64,000 bases of DNA from positions 96,163-160,162 of the forward strand of contig CAZXFD010000001.1 of NCBI GenBank assembly GCA_964640635.1, in the 5' to 3' direction. Below, one piece after another: positions 9,386 to 19,368 of the stretch; within the stretch, counting starts at the first letter, position 1; the number at the start of each line of letters is the position of its first letter. Under the pieces are notes generated by a model. The model was not told the origin of the DNA and ran no database searches. It saw only the letters and a list, made by a program, of their open reading frames with translations. The DNA comes from an uncultured Gammaproteobacteria bacterium (GTDB lineage Bacteria; Patescibacteriota; Patescibacteriia; UBA1558; S5-K13). Both the position numbers and the translations under genes were made by a program.

Positions 9386-10687
9386 ATGAAACAAAAAGAG
9401 GCTTTAGCTATATTAAAATTAGGTCACAATGTTCTTCTAACTGGTCCAGCAGGAAGCGGTAAAACATATTTATTGAATCAGTATGTAGATCATTTGAGAA
9501 GAAGAAAAATAGGCGTTGCAATAACGGCTTCTACTGGTATTGCAGCAACTCATATTGGTGGGCGGACTATTCACTCGTGGGTAGGAATTGGTATCAAAGA
9601 TGATCTTAGCAAAAAAGATATTCAAGCTCTCACCAAAAAGTCTTATCTAAAAAAGCAATTCAAAAAAACTGAAGTATTGATAATTGATGAAATTTCTATG
9701 TTACATGCCCATCGTTTGGATATGATAGATAAAGTATGCCAGGCTTTCAAAAAAAACTTTTTACCATTTGGCGGTATTCAAATTGTTATGTCTGGAGATT
9801 TTTTTCAGCTTCCTCCAATTTCTCCTGGTAGGGGAGAGGCAGAGTTTGTTTATAAGTCCAATGTTTGGAAAGAAATGGATTTACATGTTTGTTATTTGAG
9901 CGAACAACATCGTCAAAATGATGAAAAGATGATTCAAGTTCTAAAAAGTTTGAGAGAAAATGCCGTTGATATAGAAACAGTAAAACTTCTTCGCAATAGA
10001 ATGAATCAAAAAACAAAAACAAAAGTTCGACCAGTTAGATTATTTACTCATAATGTCGATGTTGATGCGATAAATAATACAGAACTTCAAAAAATAAATG
10101 CTCCAGAATTTAGTTATTGTATGACTGGTGATGGTGAGAAAAAGTTAGTAGAAGCTTTGAAAAAAAATTGTTTAGCACCAGAGGAATTGGTTTTGAAAAA
10201 AGGTGCTCTAGTTATGTTTGTAAAAAATAAATTTAAAGACGAAAGAGTTATTTATGTAAATGGTAGCATGGGAATAGTTGCTGATTTTGATGACAATGGT
10301 TTTCCAATAGTTCATTTGAACTCTGGAGAAGATGTTTTGGTGGCGCCAGATAGTTGGACAATAGACAGTGAAGATAAAATATTGGCAAAAATAAATCAAA
10401 TTCCACTTCGCTTGGCATGGGCTATTACGGTGCACAAAAGTCAGGGAATGACACTTGAGGCAGCAGAGATTGATTTAAGTCGTTCTTTTGGATATGGAAT
10501 GGGGTATGTTGCCCTATCTCGTTTGACTAGTTTAGAAGGATTGTATTTACTAGGGATTAATGAAATGGCATATAAACTTGATCCACAAGTATATGAATAT
10601 GAAAAAAAATTGTTAATTCTTTCTGAAGAAGCTAGGGGAGATAATAGTCCCAAAGTTCATAAAAAACAGATAAGCCTTACTTGTTAA
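9386..10687 (+). CDS. PIF1/RecD-family (SF1B) ATP-dependent DNA helicase
   Basis: Walker A LLTGPAGSGKTY, Walker B LIIDEISM, and the C-terminal ITVHKSQGMTLE motif typical of PIF1/RecD helicases. Confidence 0.75.
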   Translation: MKQKEALAILKLGHNVLLTGPAGSGKTYLLNQYVDHLRRRKIGVAITASTGIAATHIGGRTIHSWVGIGIKDDLSKKDIQALTKKSYLKKQFKKTEVLIIDEISMLHAHRLDMIDKVCQAFKKNFLPFGGIQIVMSGDFFQLPPISPGRGEAEFVYKSNVWKEMDLHVCYLSEQHRQNDEKMIQVLKSLRENAVDIETVKLLRNRMNQKTKTKVRPVRLFTHNVDVDAINNTELQKINAPEFSYCMTGDGEKKLVEALKKNCLAPEELVLKKGALVMFVKNKFKDERVIYVNGSMGIVADFDDNGFPIVHLNSGEDVLVAPDSWTIDSEDKILAKINQIPLRLAWAITVHKSQGMTLEAAEIDLSRSFGYGMGYVALSRLTSLEGLYLLGINEMAYKLDPQVYEYEKKLLILSEEARGDNSPKVHKKQISLTC

Positions 10688-10796
10688 AATGAGTGTTTTG
10701 TGTTTTTAGTGATTTACTCCATTGATTTTTGGCATTAAATATGAGATTATTATTAGTGTATGAAAATTTTTATAATTAATTATTGATATTAATCCT

Positions 10797-11507
10797 ATGG
10801 AAGAAAAAATAGAAAACAATACAATTAGACAAGAGTCAATTGATGTGCAAGAACCCAAAGAAGAGCTTAAGCAAGAAGAATTAGTAAACGTAGAGAGCGA
10901 TAAAAAAGTTATCGACAAAAAATCAATCAAAATTAGTAAGAAGACTATTGTTATCGTTGCGATAGTATTGGTTGTAGGAATTTTGATTTATTTTTCTAAA
11001 AGTTTATTTGTAGCAGCTACTGTTGATGGTAGTCCTATAAGTAGAATGTCTTTAATCTCCAAGCTTGAAAAAACTTCAGGCAAAAGCTTGCTAGACTCTC
11101 TTATTACAGAAAAACTTATTGAAAACGAAGTTAAAGCAAGAAAGATAGTAATAAGTAGTAGTGATGTTGATATGGAGATAAAAAAAATAGAAGAACAAAT
11201 TGCTACACAAGGATCTACTATTGAAGCAGCATTGTCTGAACAGGGCATGACTATAGAAGATTTGAAAAAGCAAATTAAATTACAAAAAGAAGCAGAAAAA
11301 TTAGTTGCTGATAAAATAGGTGTTACAGATGAAGAGGTAGCAAAATATATAGTAGATAATAAAATAGAAATACCAAAGGGTCAAGAAGTTGTAATGAACG
11401 AACAAATTAAAGCTCAGTTAAGTAGTCAAGCACTTGGCACTGCAATTCAAAGCTTGATAACAGAATTGAAAACAAAAGCAAAAATTAATTATTTTGTAAA
11501 GTATTAA
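10797..11507 (+). CDS. Membrane-anchored protein with SurA-N / PpiD-like chaperone domain (no PPIase domain)
   Basis: Acidic N-terminus, one TM helix, then a region resembling the SurA N-terminal domain. Confidence 0.35.
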   Translation: MEEKIENNTIRQESIDVQEPKEELKQEELVNVESDKKVIDKKSIKISKKTIVIVAIVLVVGILIYFSKSLFVAATVDGSPISRMSLISKLEKTSGKSLLDSLITEKLIENEVKARKIVISSSDVDMEIKKIEEQIATQGSTIEAALSEQGMTIEDLKKQIKLQKEAEKLVADKIGVTDEEVAKYIVDNKIEIPKGQEVVMNEQIKAQLSSQALGTAIQSLITELKTKAKINYFVKY

Positions 11508-11654
11508 TTATTATTGTTTATAGTGCTATTTTAGAAATATCGGGTCTTTTAACCCGGTATTTTTGGTTTTTTATTATTTATTCAAAATATGATAGAATGG
11601 ATATATGATATTTAAGGGGTATAAACAAGAATATCGTTATTAATTAGAACTAAT

Positions 11655-13097
11655 ATGATAAAAATTTACAACACATTAACACGAAAAGTCGAAGATTTTA
11701 TTCCTTTGCAAGAAAAAAAAGTTTCTATTTATGCTTGTGGAGTTACCACTTATGATGAGGTGCATGTTGGACATGCTAGACAAGCTATTTTTTTTGATAT
11801 TGTAAGAAATTATTTTGAATATCTAGGATTTGAGGTGACTTATGTTAGAAATTATACAGATGTAGATGACAAAATCATAAATCGTGCAAATAAAGAAAAA
11901 AAAGAATCTAGTGAGATAAGTGAATATTATATCAAGGAAGCGCTTGAGGATTTTAAAAAGCTCAAAATAAATACAGGAACCCATGAACCAAAAGTAACAG
12001 AATGTATGGATGATATTATTAAATACATAGAAGACTTGATACGCTCTGGAAATGCTTATGAGGCAAATGGTGAAGTTTTTTTTAATGTCGAATCTTTTGC
12101 AGAATATGGAAAATTATCCAATAGAAATCAAAAAGATATGTTGAGCGAAGAGGTTTCGGCAAACAAAAAAAATTCAAATGATTTTGCTCTCTGGAAACCA
12201 GCAAAAGAAGGTGAGCCTTCATGGCCATCTCCATGGGGTAATGGACGACCAGGTTGGCATATAGAATGTTCCGTAATGGCTTATAAATATTTGGGGAAAA
12301 CCATTGATATTCATGGCGGAGGAATTGATTTATTATTTCCGCATCATGAAAATGAAATAGCGCAAAGTGAATCGCACAATATGAAACCTTTTGTTAAATA
12401 TTGGATGCACAATGGTCTAGTTACAGTAAATGGCGTCAAGATGAGTAAAAGTCTGGGTAACTTTGTAACCGTTAAAGATGCTCTAGAAGATAATTATCCA
12501 GAGGAAATAAGATATTCTATTTTAATACAGAGTTATTCCTCAGAAATAGATTTTACAAGAGAATTGTTTGCGGTTGCAAGAAAGAGAATGTATTATTTTT
12601 ATAAAACTTTATACAAAATAGATGAGTTGATTAAGGATAATAATGGTATTGCGTCTATTAAAGATATGCCAGTCATTATAGAAAAATTTGAGGAAAACTT
12701 TATTGAGGCAATGAATGATAATTTTAATACAGCTAAAGTTTTTGCTAATATTTCAGAAGTGTTTAATCAGCTAAACGAAATTATTGTCTCAGATACAATG
12801 CCCAAAGAACAAAAAATATCAATTTTTATATACTTCAAGGAAAAGCTTTCCAAAATAGCACACGTTTTAAGAGTTTTGGAAGAAAATCCAGCAGATTATA
12901 TTAATAAATTAGAAGAATATCAGTTAGCTAAAAACAAAATTACCAAAGAATATATTTTATCTAAAATTGAAAAGCGCAGAGCACTGAAAGTAAATAAGCA
13001 ATATGTTGAAGCGGATAAAATTAGAGATGAATTGTTGGAGAAAAATATCACACTAAAGGACTCTGGAGAGGACGTTGAATGGGAGCTTGTAATATAA
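11655..13097 (+). CDS. cysS: Cysteine--tRNA ligase
   Basis: HVGHAR (HIGH) and KMSKSLGN (KMSKS) class I motifs. Zn-binding Cys and His residues. Typical length. Confidence 0.9.
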   Translation: MIKIYNTLTRKVEDFIPLQEKKVSIYACGVTTYDEVHVGHARQAIFFDIVRNYFEYLGFEVTYVRNYTDVDDKIINRANKEKKESSEISEYYIKEALEDFKKLKINTGTHEPKVTECMDDIIKYIEDLIRSGNAYEANGEVFFNVESFAEYGKLSNRNQKDMLSEEVSANKKNSNDFALWKPAKEGEPSWPSPWGNGRPGWHIECSVMAYKYLGKTIDIHGGGIDLLFPHHENEIAQSESHNMKPFVKYWMHNGLVTVNGVKMSKSLGNFVTVKDALEDNYPEEIRYSILIQSYSSEIDFTRELFAVARKRMYYFYKTLYKIDELIKDNNGIASIKDMPVIIEKFEENFIEAMNDNFNTAKVFANISEVFNQLNEIIVSDTMPKEQKISIFIYFKEKLSKIAHVLRVLEENPADYINKLEEYQLAKNKITKEYILSKIEKRRALKVNKQYVEADKIRDELLEKNITLKDSGEDVEWELVI

Positions 13098-13178
13098 AAA
13101 TAAAAATAAGCATTAATTAATTAAAATTCTAGTCATATAATTGGATAAATCCACGTTTTTGACTGGACAAATAAAATT

Positions 13179-13889
13179 ATGAAAAAAGTTTTTTTGAGTA
13201 TACTAGTTTTTTCTTTGGTATTTGCGTTTGGTGGTATTAGCATTGCTCAGGAGTTAGAAAAAATTCCTTCACCAGATCAAATTAAATATTTCAAGGTAGT
13301 GAAAAAGGAAGGAAAAGCATTATTTGGTATTCGTTTACAAAAACCAAAGCAAGAAATGAATAGTGAGGCCACGACATCGTCTTTAGAAAAAATTCTTACG
13401 CCTGGTGATATGAGCTTATTCGATAAAATAAGAAAAATTGGAAAATCACTTTTTGGTGTTAGAAAAATAAAAGAAAACAAACTTATTTACATAACTCCAG
13501 AAGCAGCTAAGTGTGTAAAAGATGCTATTTCAAAGAAAGATACGGCATTAAAGACAGTTACGACCAATCATAGTCAATCTATTGTGACTGCTATTGATAC
13601 AAGAAGTACTTGTCAACAGTTGGCAATAGATAAGACAACTGCGAAAGAACAATTTGATGCTAACAAAGTATGCGTTAAAGCATTTCAAGAATCTACAAAA
13701 AATGTTAATTCAACAATGGAAAAATCAAAAAATGATGTAAGAAAAACATATCAGATAGATCTAAGAGCTTGTTCTAAACTACAAATTCCTTCTGTTTCAA
13801 GCACTGTTACAGTAAGTCCCACAGAAGAAATAATCATAGATGACGGAGAAAATGGAGAAGATCAGGCACAATCACAAGAAAAAGAATAG
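13179..13889 (+). CDS. Secreted hypothetical protein
   Basis: Signal peptide or TM segment at the N-terminus. Lys-rich, acidic C-terminus. No family assignment. Confidence 0.4.
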   Translation: MKKVFLSILVFSLVFAFGGISIAQELEKIPSPDQIKYFKVVKKEGKALFGIRLQKPKQEMNSEATTSSLEKILTPGDMSLFDKIRKIGKSLFGVRKIKENKLIYITPEAAKCVKDAISKKDTALKTVTTNHSQSIVTAIDTRSTCQQLAIDKTTAKEQFDANKVCVKAFQESTKNVNSTMEKSKNDVRKTYQIDLRACSKLQIPSVSSTVTVSPTEEIIIDDGENGEDQAQSQEKE

Positions 13890-13907
13890 ATAATATTATT
13901 TCGATTA

Positions 13908-13945
13908 AAAAATCAGCTCCGCTATATGGAGCTGATTTTGTTTTG
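13908..13945 (+). terminator. Rho-independent terminator
   Basis: AATCAGCTCC-GCTATAT-GGAGCTGATT (10-bp stem) followed by a T-run. Confidence 0.7.
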
Positions 13946-14061
13946 ATAATTTGTCTAAGTGTGAGAGAATGACTAAGTAGACAAAGAACATGATATTTAT
14001 CATATTTTGTCAAACAAAAATTGATACCTGCCTGCCGGTAGGCAGGAATAACAAAAACTTT

Positions 14062-15216
14062 ATGTTGAAAGTAGCTATAAACCTTACTAGAGAAAATGTA
14101 GGCGGCATAACAGCCTCCAATATTAATCTTATAAAATATTTATATGAATTAGATTATGAATTTTTGGGTATAGAATTAAATAGAAAAGTGCACATGAGGG
14201 GCTCTGCTTTATTTCGACATTTTTCGCCTGAAATTTTTGACCACCACATAATCAATATTCATCATTTACCAATAGAGGCTGTTATAAAAAAGGCTAAAAA
14301 CATCAAGGATATTGAAAATGTCTATAGTGAGTCAATAAAAATTATTAGAGGTATTTTAAGAGAGACCAAGCCAGATGTAATGTTACTTAGTGGCACTTAT
14401 TATCTTCCATGGCTTATATCAATAGCAGCTAAGCAAGAAAAAATTCCAATTGTACTTAGATATGCAGGAGTTCTCTCTAGAGAGATAGAATATTTTAAGG
14501 AAGACTCAAAAAAGATTTTTCGTTTAATGGAGAAATCTGTTGTTTCTAGAGCAGATCAAATCATTTTTCCATCTCAATTATGTAAAAATGTTGTAGAAAA
14601 AGAAGTTGTGAAGAGTAAAATAAAAAATAGTTATGTTATACCGAATTCTGTTTCAAGACTTTTCATTGATCCTTGTGCAGCAGATTATTCACTAGAGCGT
14701 AGAATTGCAGCAGTAGGTCGCTATACAGATATAAAAAACTTTGATTTATTTTTTGAACTTCATAAAAAATTATTGAAACGTGGATGGAGACATAGTGCTT
14801 CTTTTATAACCAATCCAGGTGCGCATATTAAAAAGCTTCCAAAGACAATAGAAGTTTTCCCGTCAATGACTCCTGAAGGTTTGAAAGAGTTTTATATTTC
14901 CCAGGGTTTGATAATTTGTCCATCAAAATTTGAAACATTTGGAAATGTACCAATGGAGGCAGTGTGTCTAGGTATACCAGTTTTAGTAAGCGATCAAATG
15001 GGCTGTGCAGAAATTTTGAAGAAAGTTGGTCTTGAAAACATGGTTATATCTTTTGATGACTTGGATAAAGTAGCCGATAGAGTGCAAAAGCTTTGTGGTC
15101 AGTCAATACTACCAAAACAATTAAACGCATTAAAGCGAATCCTTGATATTAGATTGGTCGGGGAAGAGATCAATGCAGTTTTGATAAATACGGTAAAAAG
15201 ATTTTCTGAAGAATAA
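14062..15216 (+). CDS. Glycosyltransferase family 4 (GT-B, group 1)
   Basis: C-terminal EGFGNVPMEAVCLGIPVLVSD-like motif (E-x7-E region of GT4). The ORF-track N-terminal extension (from 13990) covers a GC hairpin and is probably 5' UTR. Confidence 0.65.
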   Translation: MLKVAINLTRENVGGITASNINLIKYLYELDYEFLGIELNRKVHMRGSALFRHFSPEIFDHHIINIHHLPIEAVIKKAKNIKDIENVYSESIKIIRGILRETKPDVMLLSGTYYLPWLISIAAKQEKIPIVLRYAGVLSREIEYFKEDSKKIFRLMEKSVVSRADQIIFPSQLCKNVVEKEVVKSKIKNSYVIPNSVSRLFIDPCAADYSLERRIAAVGRYTDIKNFDLFFELHKKLLKRGWRHSASFITNPGAHIKKLPKTIEVFPSMTPEGLKEFYISQGLIICPSKFETFGNVPMEAVCLGIPVLVSDQMGCAEILKKVGLENMVISFDDLDKVADRVQKLCGQSILPKQLNALKRILDIRLVGEEINAVLINTVKRFSEE

Positions 15217-15248
15217 TTCCCACCTATAACAGGGGTTAGTAAAATATA

Positions 15249-15273
15249 AACATCCCGTCTGAGGGGTGTTTTT
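15249..15273 (+). terminator. Rho-independent terminator of the GT4 gene
   Basis: AACATCCC-GTCTGA-GGGGTGTT then TTT. Confidence 0.6.
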
Positions 15274-15498
15274 AATATTTATAATTTCTATCATTTTTCC
15301 AGTTATTGGGATTATTTTGTATATATTTTCTACATTTCCACAAATCATTTTCTGTCCTAATAATATGTTCATAAAATCTATATTGCCAATTAAAATCACA
15401 ATGATTATATTGTTTGTTTATTGTTTTTTTACAAATGGATTTGTATGATCTAACTATTGATGACAATGACCCTGATTTTGGAGAAATATTAGACATTT

Positions 15499-15622
15499 GC
15501 GCATTTCCGTAGAGACGTAGCACTGCTACGTCTCTACGTTGTTTGTATTTAATAAACACTATCATATGTATGTGATTTGGCATTATAATAAACGAATTTA
15601 TTTTAATAAAACGGAAATGCGC
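15499..15622. repeat. 12-bp inverted repeat pair (GCGCATTTCCGT at 15499-15510, ACGGAAATGCGC at 15611-15622) bracketing the palindrome, HuH motif and frameshift site
   Basis: Perfect 12-bp inverted repeats 100 bp apart within the RAYT gene. Confidence 0.6.
15508..15538. repeat. Perfect 31-nt palindrome (15-bp arms, 1-nt centre) inside the RAYT coding sequence
   Basis: CGTAGAGACGTAGCA-C-TGCTACGTCTCTACG. Encodes RDVAVLRLY on the minus strand. Confidence 0.8.
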
Positions 15623-15883
15623 ATTTATTTGTTTTTAAATAGTGTTTTACAACATACCCCAATCTGTTTAAGATCATCTTCTCATTTATAATTTCACCAA
15701 ACATCTTTATTCTATTCTTGGTACAGATTGTAACAAAATAAAAACCAGGATTAGAATAATCCCAGCAGTTGAGTCTTGTTGATTTAATTCGATATTTATT
15801 TTTAAATAAGGCCTTGTTTTTCATACAATCGCTTTTCAGGTGATTATATATATCTTATTATTTTAAATGAATATGTCAATAAG

Positions 15884-15913
15884 AAAAAATCACTCTTTCG
15901 GAGTGATTTTTTT
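15884..15913. terminator. Bidirectional terminator between typA and the RAYT gene
   Basis: AAAAAATCACTC-TTTCG-GAGTGATTTTTTT. Confidence 0.6.
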
Positions 15914-15927
15914 AGAGTATATAATTT

Positions 15928-17724
15928 TTATTTCTCTTTCTTTCTTCCAAATCTAGTACGTTCGATTTCAGTAAGATATTGTTTTCTAAGTCTAATATTG
16001 TGTGGTGTGATTTCTAAGTATTCATCATCATTCATTATACTCATGCCACGCTCCAAGGTTATTTCTAAAGGAGTAGTAAGTTTTATTGCTTCATCAGCAT
16101 TTGATGATCTCATATTCGTAAGTTGTTTGCCTTTTATAACATTGACTACCATATCATTTCCTTTTGCAACATTTCCTACTACCATTCCCTCATAAACTTC
16201 TGTATTTGCTTTTATATAAAGCACACCACGTTCTTGAATATTATAAAGTGAAAATCCAAGTGCTTTTCCAGTTGCCATTGAAATCATTGAACCTAGTTCT
16301 GTTTTATCAATTTTTCCAGCATATTGTTTGAATCCTGTTACACGTGAATATAATATTCCTTCGCCACGTGTATCAACAACAAACTCATTTTTGTAGCCCA
16401 AAAGTCCACGAGTAGGAACTTCAAATACCATTCGAAGATTCCCATGCTCTGGCTCCATTTCTGTCATTGTTCCACGACGTTTTGAAAGCTTTTGAATAAT
16501 TATTCCTGACATTTCTTGAGGAACATTAATAATTACTTCTTCATATGGTTCGTGTTTTTCACCATCAATTTCTTTGATGATTACATGTGGTTGAGAAATT
16601 TGAAGTTCATAGCCTTCACGTCTTAGGTTTTCAAGTAATATTGCAATATGCATTTCACCTCTTCCATAAACTTTGTAAAAATCAGATGATCCAAAATCTA
16701 TTTTTAGACCTACGTTTATTTCTAATTCTTTTTCTAGTCTTTCTTTGAGTTGTCTGTTTGTTACAAATTTTCCTTCACGTCCTGCAAAGGGGGAGTTGTT
16801 TATCAAAAAGTTTAGACAAATTGTAGGTTCATCAATACTTATTGCTGGAAGTGAATTTTGCTTTTCATTTTCGCAGATTGTCTCTCCAATGTAGATATCA
16901 GGAAGTCCAGCAATCATTACAATGTCTCCAGCTGAGGCAGATTCAATTTCTTTTTTAATAAGTCCTTCAAAAGTAAATAATTTTGTAATTTTTCCACGTC
17001 TTGCAACTCCTCCTGAGTTTTTGATGATTAATGTCTGAGCTTGGTTTATTGTTCCTTCGTATATACGGCATATTGCCAAACGGCCAAGAAAATTGTCATA
17101 CCCAAGGTTGAATGGTTGAGCAAGAAGTTCTTTGTTGGTTAGCTCAGGACTGGAAGCGACGGGAACTTTTTCTAATATGATATCAAGAAGTGGAGAAAAA
17201 TCTCGCGCTTCTTCGTGTAAATGTTTTTTTGCAACACCGTCGCGTGCTATAGCATAGATTGCAGTAAAATCTAGTTGATCATCGTCAGCGCCAAGATCAA
17301 GAAATAGTTCATATACCATTTCTTTGACTTCATCTGGACTTGCTGCTGGTTTATCAATTTTGTTTATTACTACAATTGGTTTTAGCCCTAGGTCGAGTGA
17401 TTTTTTTAATACAAATTTTGTTTGAGGCATTGGCCCTTCTTGTGCATCGACAACAAGAACAACGGAGTCTATGGAGCGAAGAACACGTTCTACCTCAGAA
17501 CCAAAATCAGCATGACCTGGAGTGTCAACAATGTTTATTTTTGTGCCTTTGTAGTAAATTGAAGTGTTTTTTGAGTATATTGTAATACCCCTTTCTTTTT
17601 CTAGATCATTGCTATCCATGCTTGTCTCGCCAGTAGACATACCAGTTTGCTTCATTAGAGCGTCTGTTATTGTGGTTTTGCCATGGTCAACATGAGCAAT
17701 AATGGCTATATTTCTTATTTCCAT
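15928..17724 (-). CDS. typA: Translational GTPase TypA/BipA
   Basis: AHVDHGKTT G1 motif, DTPGHADF G3 motif, EF-G-like domain order, length ~600 aa. Confidence 0.9.
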   Translation of the reverse strand: MEIRNIAIIAHVDHGKTTITDALMKQTGMSTGETSMDSNDLEKERGITIYSKNTSIYYKGTKINIVDTPGHADFGSEVERVLRSIDSVVLVVDAQEGPMPQTKFVLKKSLDLGLKPIVVINKIDKPAASPDEVKEMVYELFLDLGADDDQLDFTAIYAIARDGVAKKHLHEEARDFSPLLDIILEKVPVASSPELTNKELLAQPFNLGYDNFLGRLAICRIYEGTINQAQTLIIKNSGGVARRGKITKLFTFEGLIKKEIESASAGDIVMIAGLPDIYIGETICENEKQNSLPAISIDEPTICLNFLINNSPFAGREGKFVTNRQLKERLEKELEINVGLKIDFGSSDFYKVYGRGEMHIAILLENLRREGYELQISQPHVIIKEIDGEKHEPYEEVIINVPQEMSGIIIQKLSKRRGTMTEMEPEHGNLRMVFEVPTRGLLGYKNEFVVDTRGEGILYSRVTGFKQYAGKIDKTELGSMISMATGKALGFSLYNIQERGVLYIKANTEVYEGMVVGNVAKGNDMVVNVIKGKQLTNMRSSNADEAIKLTTPLEITLERGMSIMNDDEYLEITPHNIRLRKQYLTEIERTRFGRKKEK

Positions 17725-17920
17725 GATATTGTAATTTTAGATGTGATTTAAGTGTCACAAGAATATCACATAATTTTTGTGTTGTCAATTATTGTATTTG
17801 ACTTATTCATAGATACATGTTATGATTAGATATTAATCTAACTTAATAAAAGATTCCAGAGTTCGCATAGTCATTGAGGTGACCTTCCGAAAACCGGGTC
17901 ACTTATTTTTAAACATAAAT

Positions 17921-19246
17921 ATGTACAACAAAAAAAACACGAAATCAGGCTATCAAAGAGCTTTTAAGCCAAGAGAAATGCCAAAAAAAGAAACTACTAA
18001 AGAAATAAAAGACGTAGTTTTGGAAGATAAAATTCAAGAAACGCTTAGCGAAGAAGTTTTGAAATTTTCAGAACTTGGAATTTGTAGTGAAATTTTAGAT
18101 GTCTTAAAAAGACTTAATCTTGTAATTCCAACTCCAATTCAACAAAAAACAATTCCCATTGCATTACAAGGCAAAGATTTAATAGGTGTCGCTCAAACTG
18201 GGACTGGTAAAACATTTGCATATGGCATTCCAATGCTTGAGCGCATTTTAGAAACAGGTGGTGTGGGTCTTGTTATTGCTCCAACTCGTGAGCTTGCTCA
18301 GCAAGTAGAAGAAAGTATTAGTAAGCTAGGGAGTTCAATGGGATTAAAGACAGCAATTCTTATTGGAGGTGAGGCAATAGATCGCCAACTCTTCGCACTC
18401 CGTAAAAATCCAAATGTAGTAGTGGCAACTCCAGGAAGACTTATTGATCATCTAGAGCGAAGAACATTCAAAATAAACCAGGTAAACACATTGGTTTTAG
18501 ACGAAGCAGATATGATGCTTGATATGGGATTTGCTCCACAGATTCAAGAAATTCTAAGACAAGTACCTTCTGAACGTCAGACACTACTTTTTTCAGCAAC
18601 TATGCCTGATACAATTGTAAAAATTGCAACTAAGCACATGAAACTTCCAGTAAGTATTGAAGTGGCTCGTCCAGGAACAACAGCAACAGATGTAGATCAA
18701 GAAATTTTTATGATAAAAAATGAGGATAGATTTACTCATTTAGAAAAAATTCTAAAAGAATATGAGGGATCAGTTTTGATTTTTGTAAGAACAAAACATG
18801 GTGCAGGCACACTTACTCTTAAGCTTCGCGCAGTAGGATTCAAGGCTATAGAAATCCATTCAAATTTGTCTTTAAGTCGTCGTCGTAGTGCGCTTCTTGC
18901 CTTCAAAAGCAAAAGAGAAAGAATTTTAGTTGCAACAGACGTTGCTTCTCGTGGACTTGATGTAAAAGGAATTGAGCTCGTAGTAAATTACAATTTACCA
19001 GATAATTGCGAAGACTATGTTCATAGAATTGGAAGAACTGGTCGTGCAGGTCAGCTTGGCAAAGCAATTACTCTTGCTACTCCAGGAGAACAAAGACAAA
19101 TTAAAATTATTGAGAAGCTTATTAATAAAAGCTTGAAAACAACAAAATTTGTAGAAACTATTGATGATATAGAATACAAACCAAGTTATGGTAAAAAAAG
19201 AGTATTTTCAAGAGGTGGTGGAAGAAATTATGGAAGAAGGAGATAA
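17921..19246 (+). CDS. DEAD-box ATP-dependent RNA helicase with C-terminal RGG tail
   Basis: Q motif, AQTGTGKT (motif I), DEAD box VLDEADMML, SAT, HRIGRTGRAG (motif VI). Ends RGGGRNYGRRR. The ORF-track start at 17879 is probably too far upstream. Confidence 0.85.
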   Translation: MYNKKNTKSGYQRAFKPREMPKKETTKEIKDVVLEDKIQETLSEEVLKFSELGICSEILDVLKRLNLVIPTPIQQKTIPIALQGKDLIGVAQTGTGKTFAYGIPMLERILETGGVGLVIAPTRELAQQVEESISKLGSSMGLKTAILIGGEAIDRQLFALRKNPNVVVATPGRLIDHLERRTFKINQVNTLVLDEADMMLDMGFAPQIQEILRQVPSERQTLLFSATMPDTIVKIATKHMKLPVSIEVARPGTTATDVDQEIFMIKNEDRFTHLEKILKEYEGSVLIFVRTKHGAGTLTLKLRAVGFKAIEIHSNLSLSRRRSALLAFKSKRERILVATDVASRGLDVKGIELVVNYNLPDNCEDYVHRIGRTGRAGQLGKAITLATPGEQRQIKIIEKLINKSLKTTKFVETIDDIEYKPSYGKKRVFSRGGGRNYGRRR

Positions 19247-19368
19247 TTTAGTATTTAGTGTTTGGTATTTAGAAAAGACATTGCTGAGAAGTGATGTTTT
19301 TTTGTTTTATGAACATAAATAAATGAAAGTGTGTTATAATAATATAGTCTAAGTATTAATTAAAATTT

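Larger units (their letters stand above)
15272..15824 (-). pseudogene. REP-associated tyrosine transposase (RAYT) / IS200-like HuH Y1 transposase (COG1943), split by a +1 frameshift
   Basis: N-terminal part WDYSNPGFYFVTICTKNR. C-terminal part ...NSFIIMPNHIHMIV (HuH motif) and NWQYRFYEHIIRTENDLWKCRKYIQNNP (compare E. coli RayT WQPRFWEHAIRND...YIYINP). The frames join if one T is removed from the T4 run at 15608-15611, giving ...KCAFPFIKINSFIIMPNHIH. Confidence 0.7.

Noticed and set aside
11508-11654. T-box riboswitch upstream of cysS
   Set aside because: The leader is only ~110 nt after an upstream terminator. It lacks a T-box sequence (AATTAGGGTGGNACCGCG-like) and a specifier-loop architecture.
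13990-14061. N-terminal 24-aa extension of the GT4 gene in the ORF track
   Set aside because: The extension is encoded by a GC-rich palindromic hairpin (CCTGCCTGCCGGTAGGCAGG) and is unlike GT4 N-termini. The start was moved to the ATG at 14062.
15272-15824. Calling the RAYT an active IS200/IS605 insertion sequence
   Set aside because: Single copy, no tnpB partner, no flanking subterminal hairpin pair, and frameshifted. More consistent with a domesticated or decaying RAYT than an autonomous IS.
17879-17920. ORF-track start of the DEAD-box helicase (MTFRKPGHLFLNIN...)
   Set aside because: Encoded by a 5' UTR hairpin (GTGACC...GGTCAC). Conserved helicase N-terminal regions begin after the ATG at 17921.
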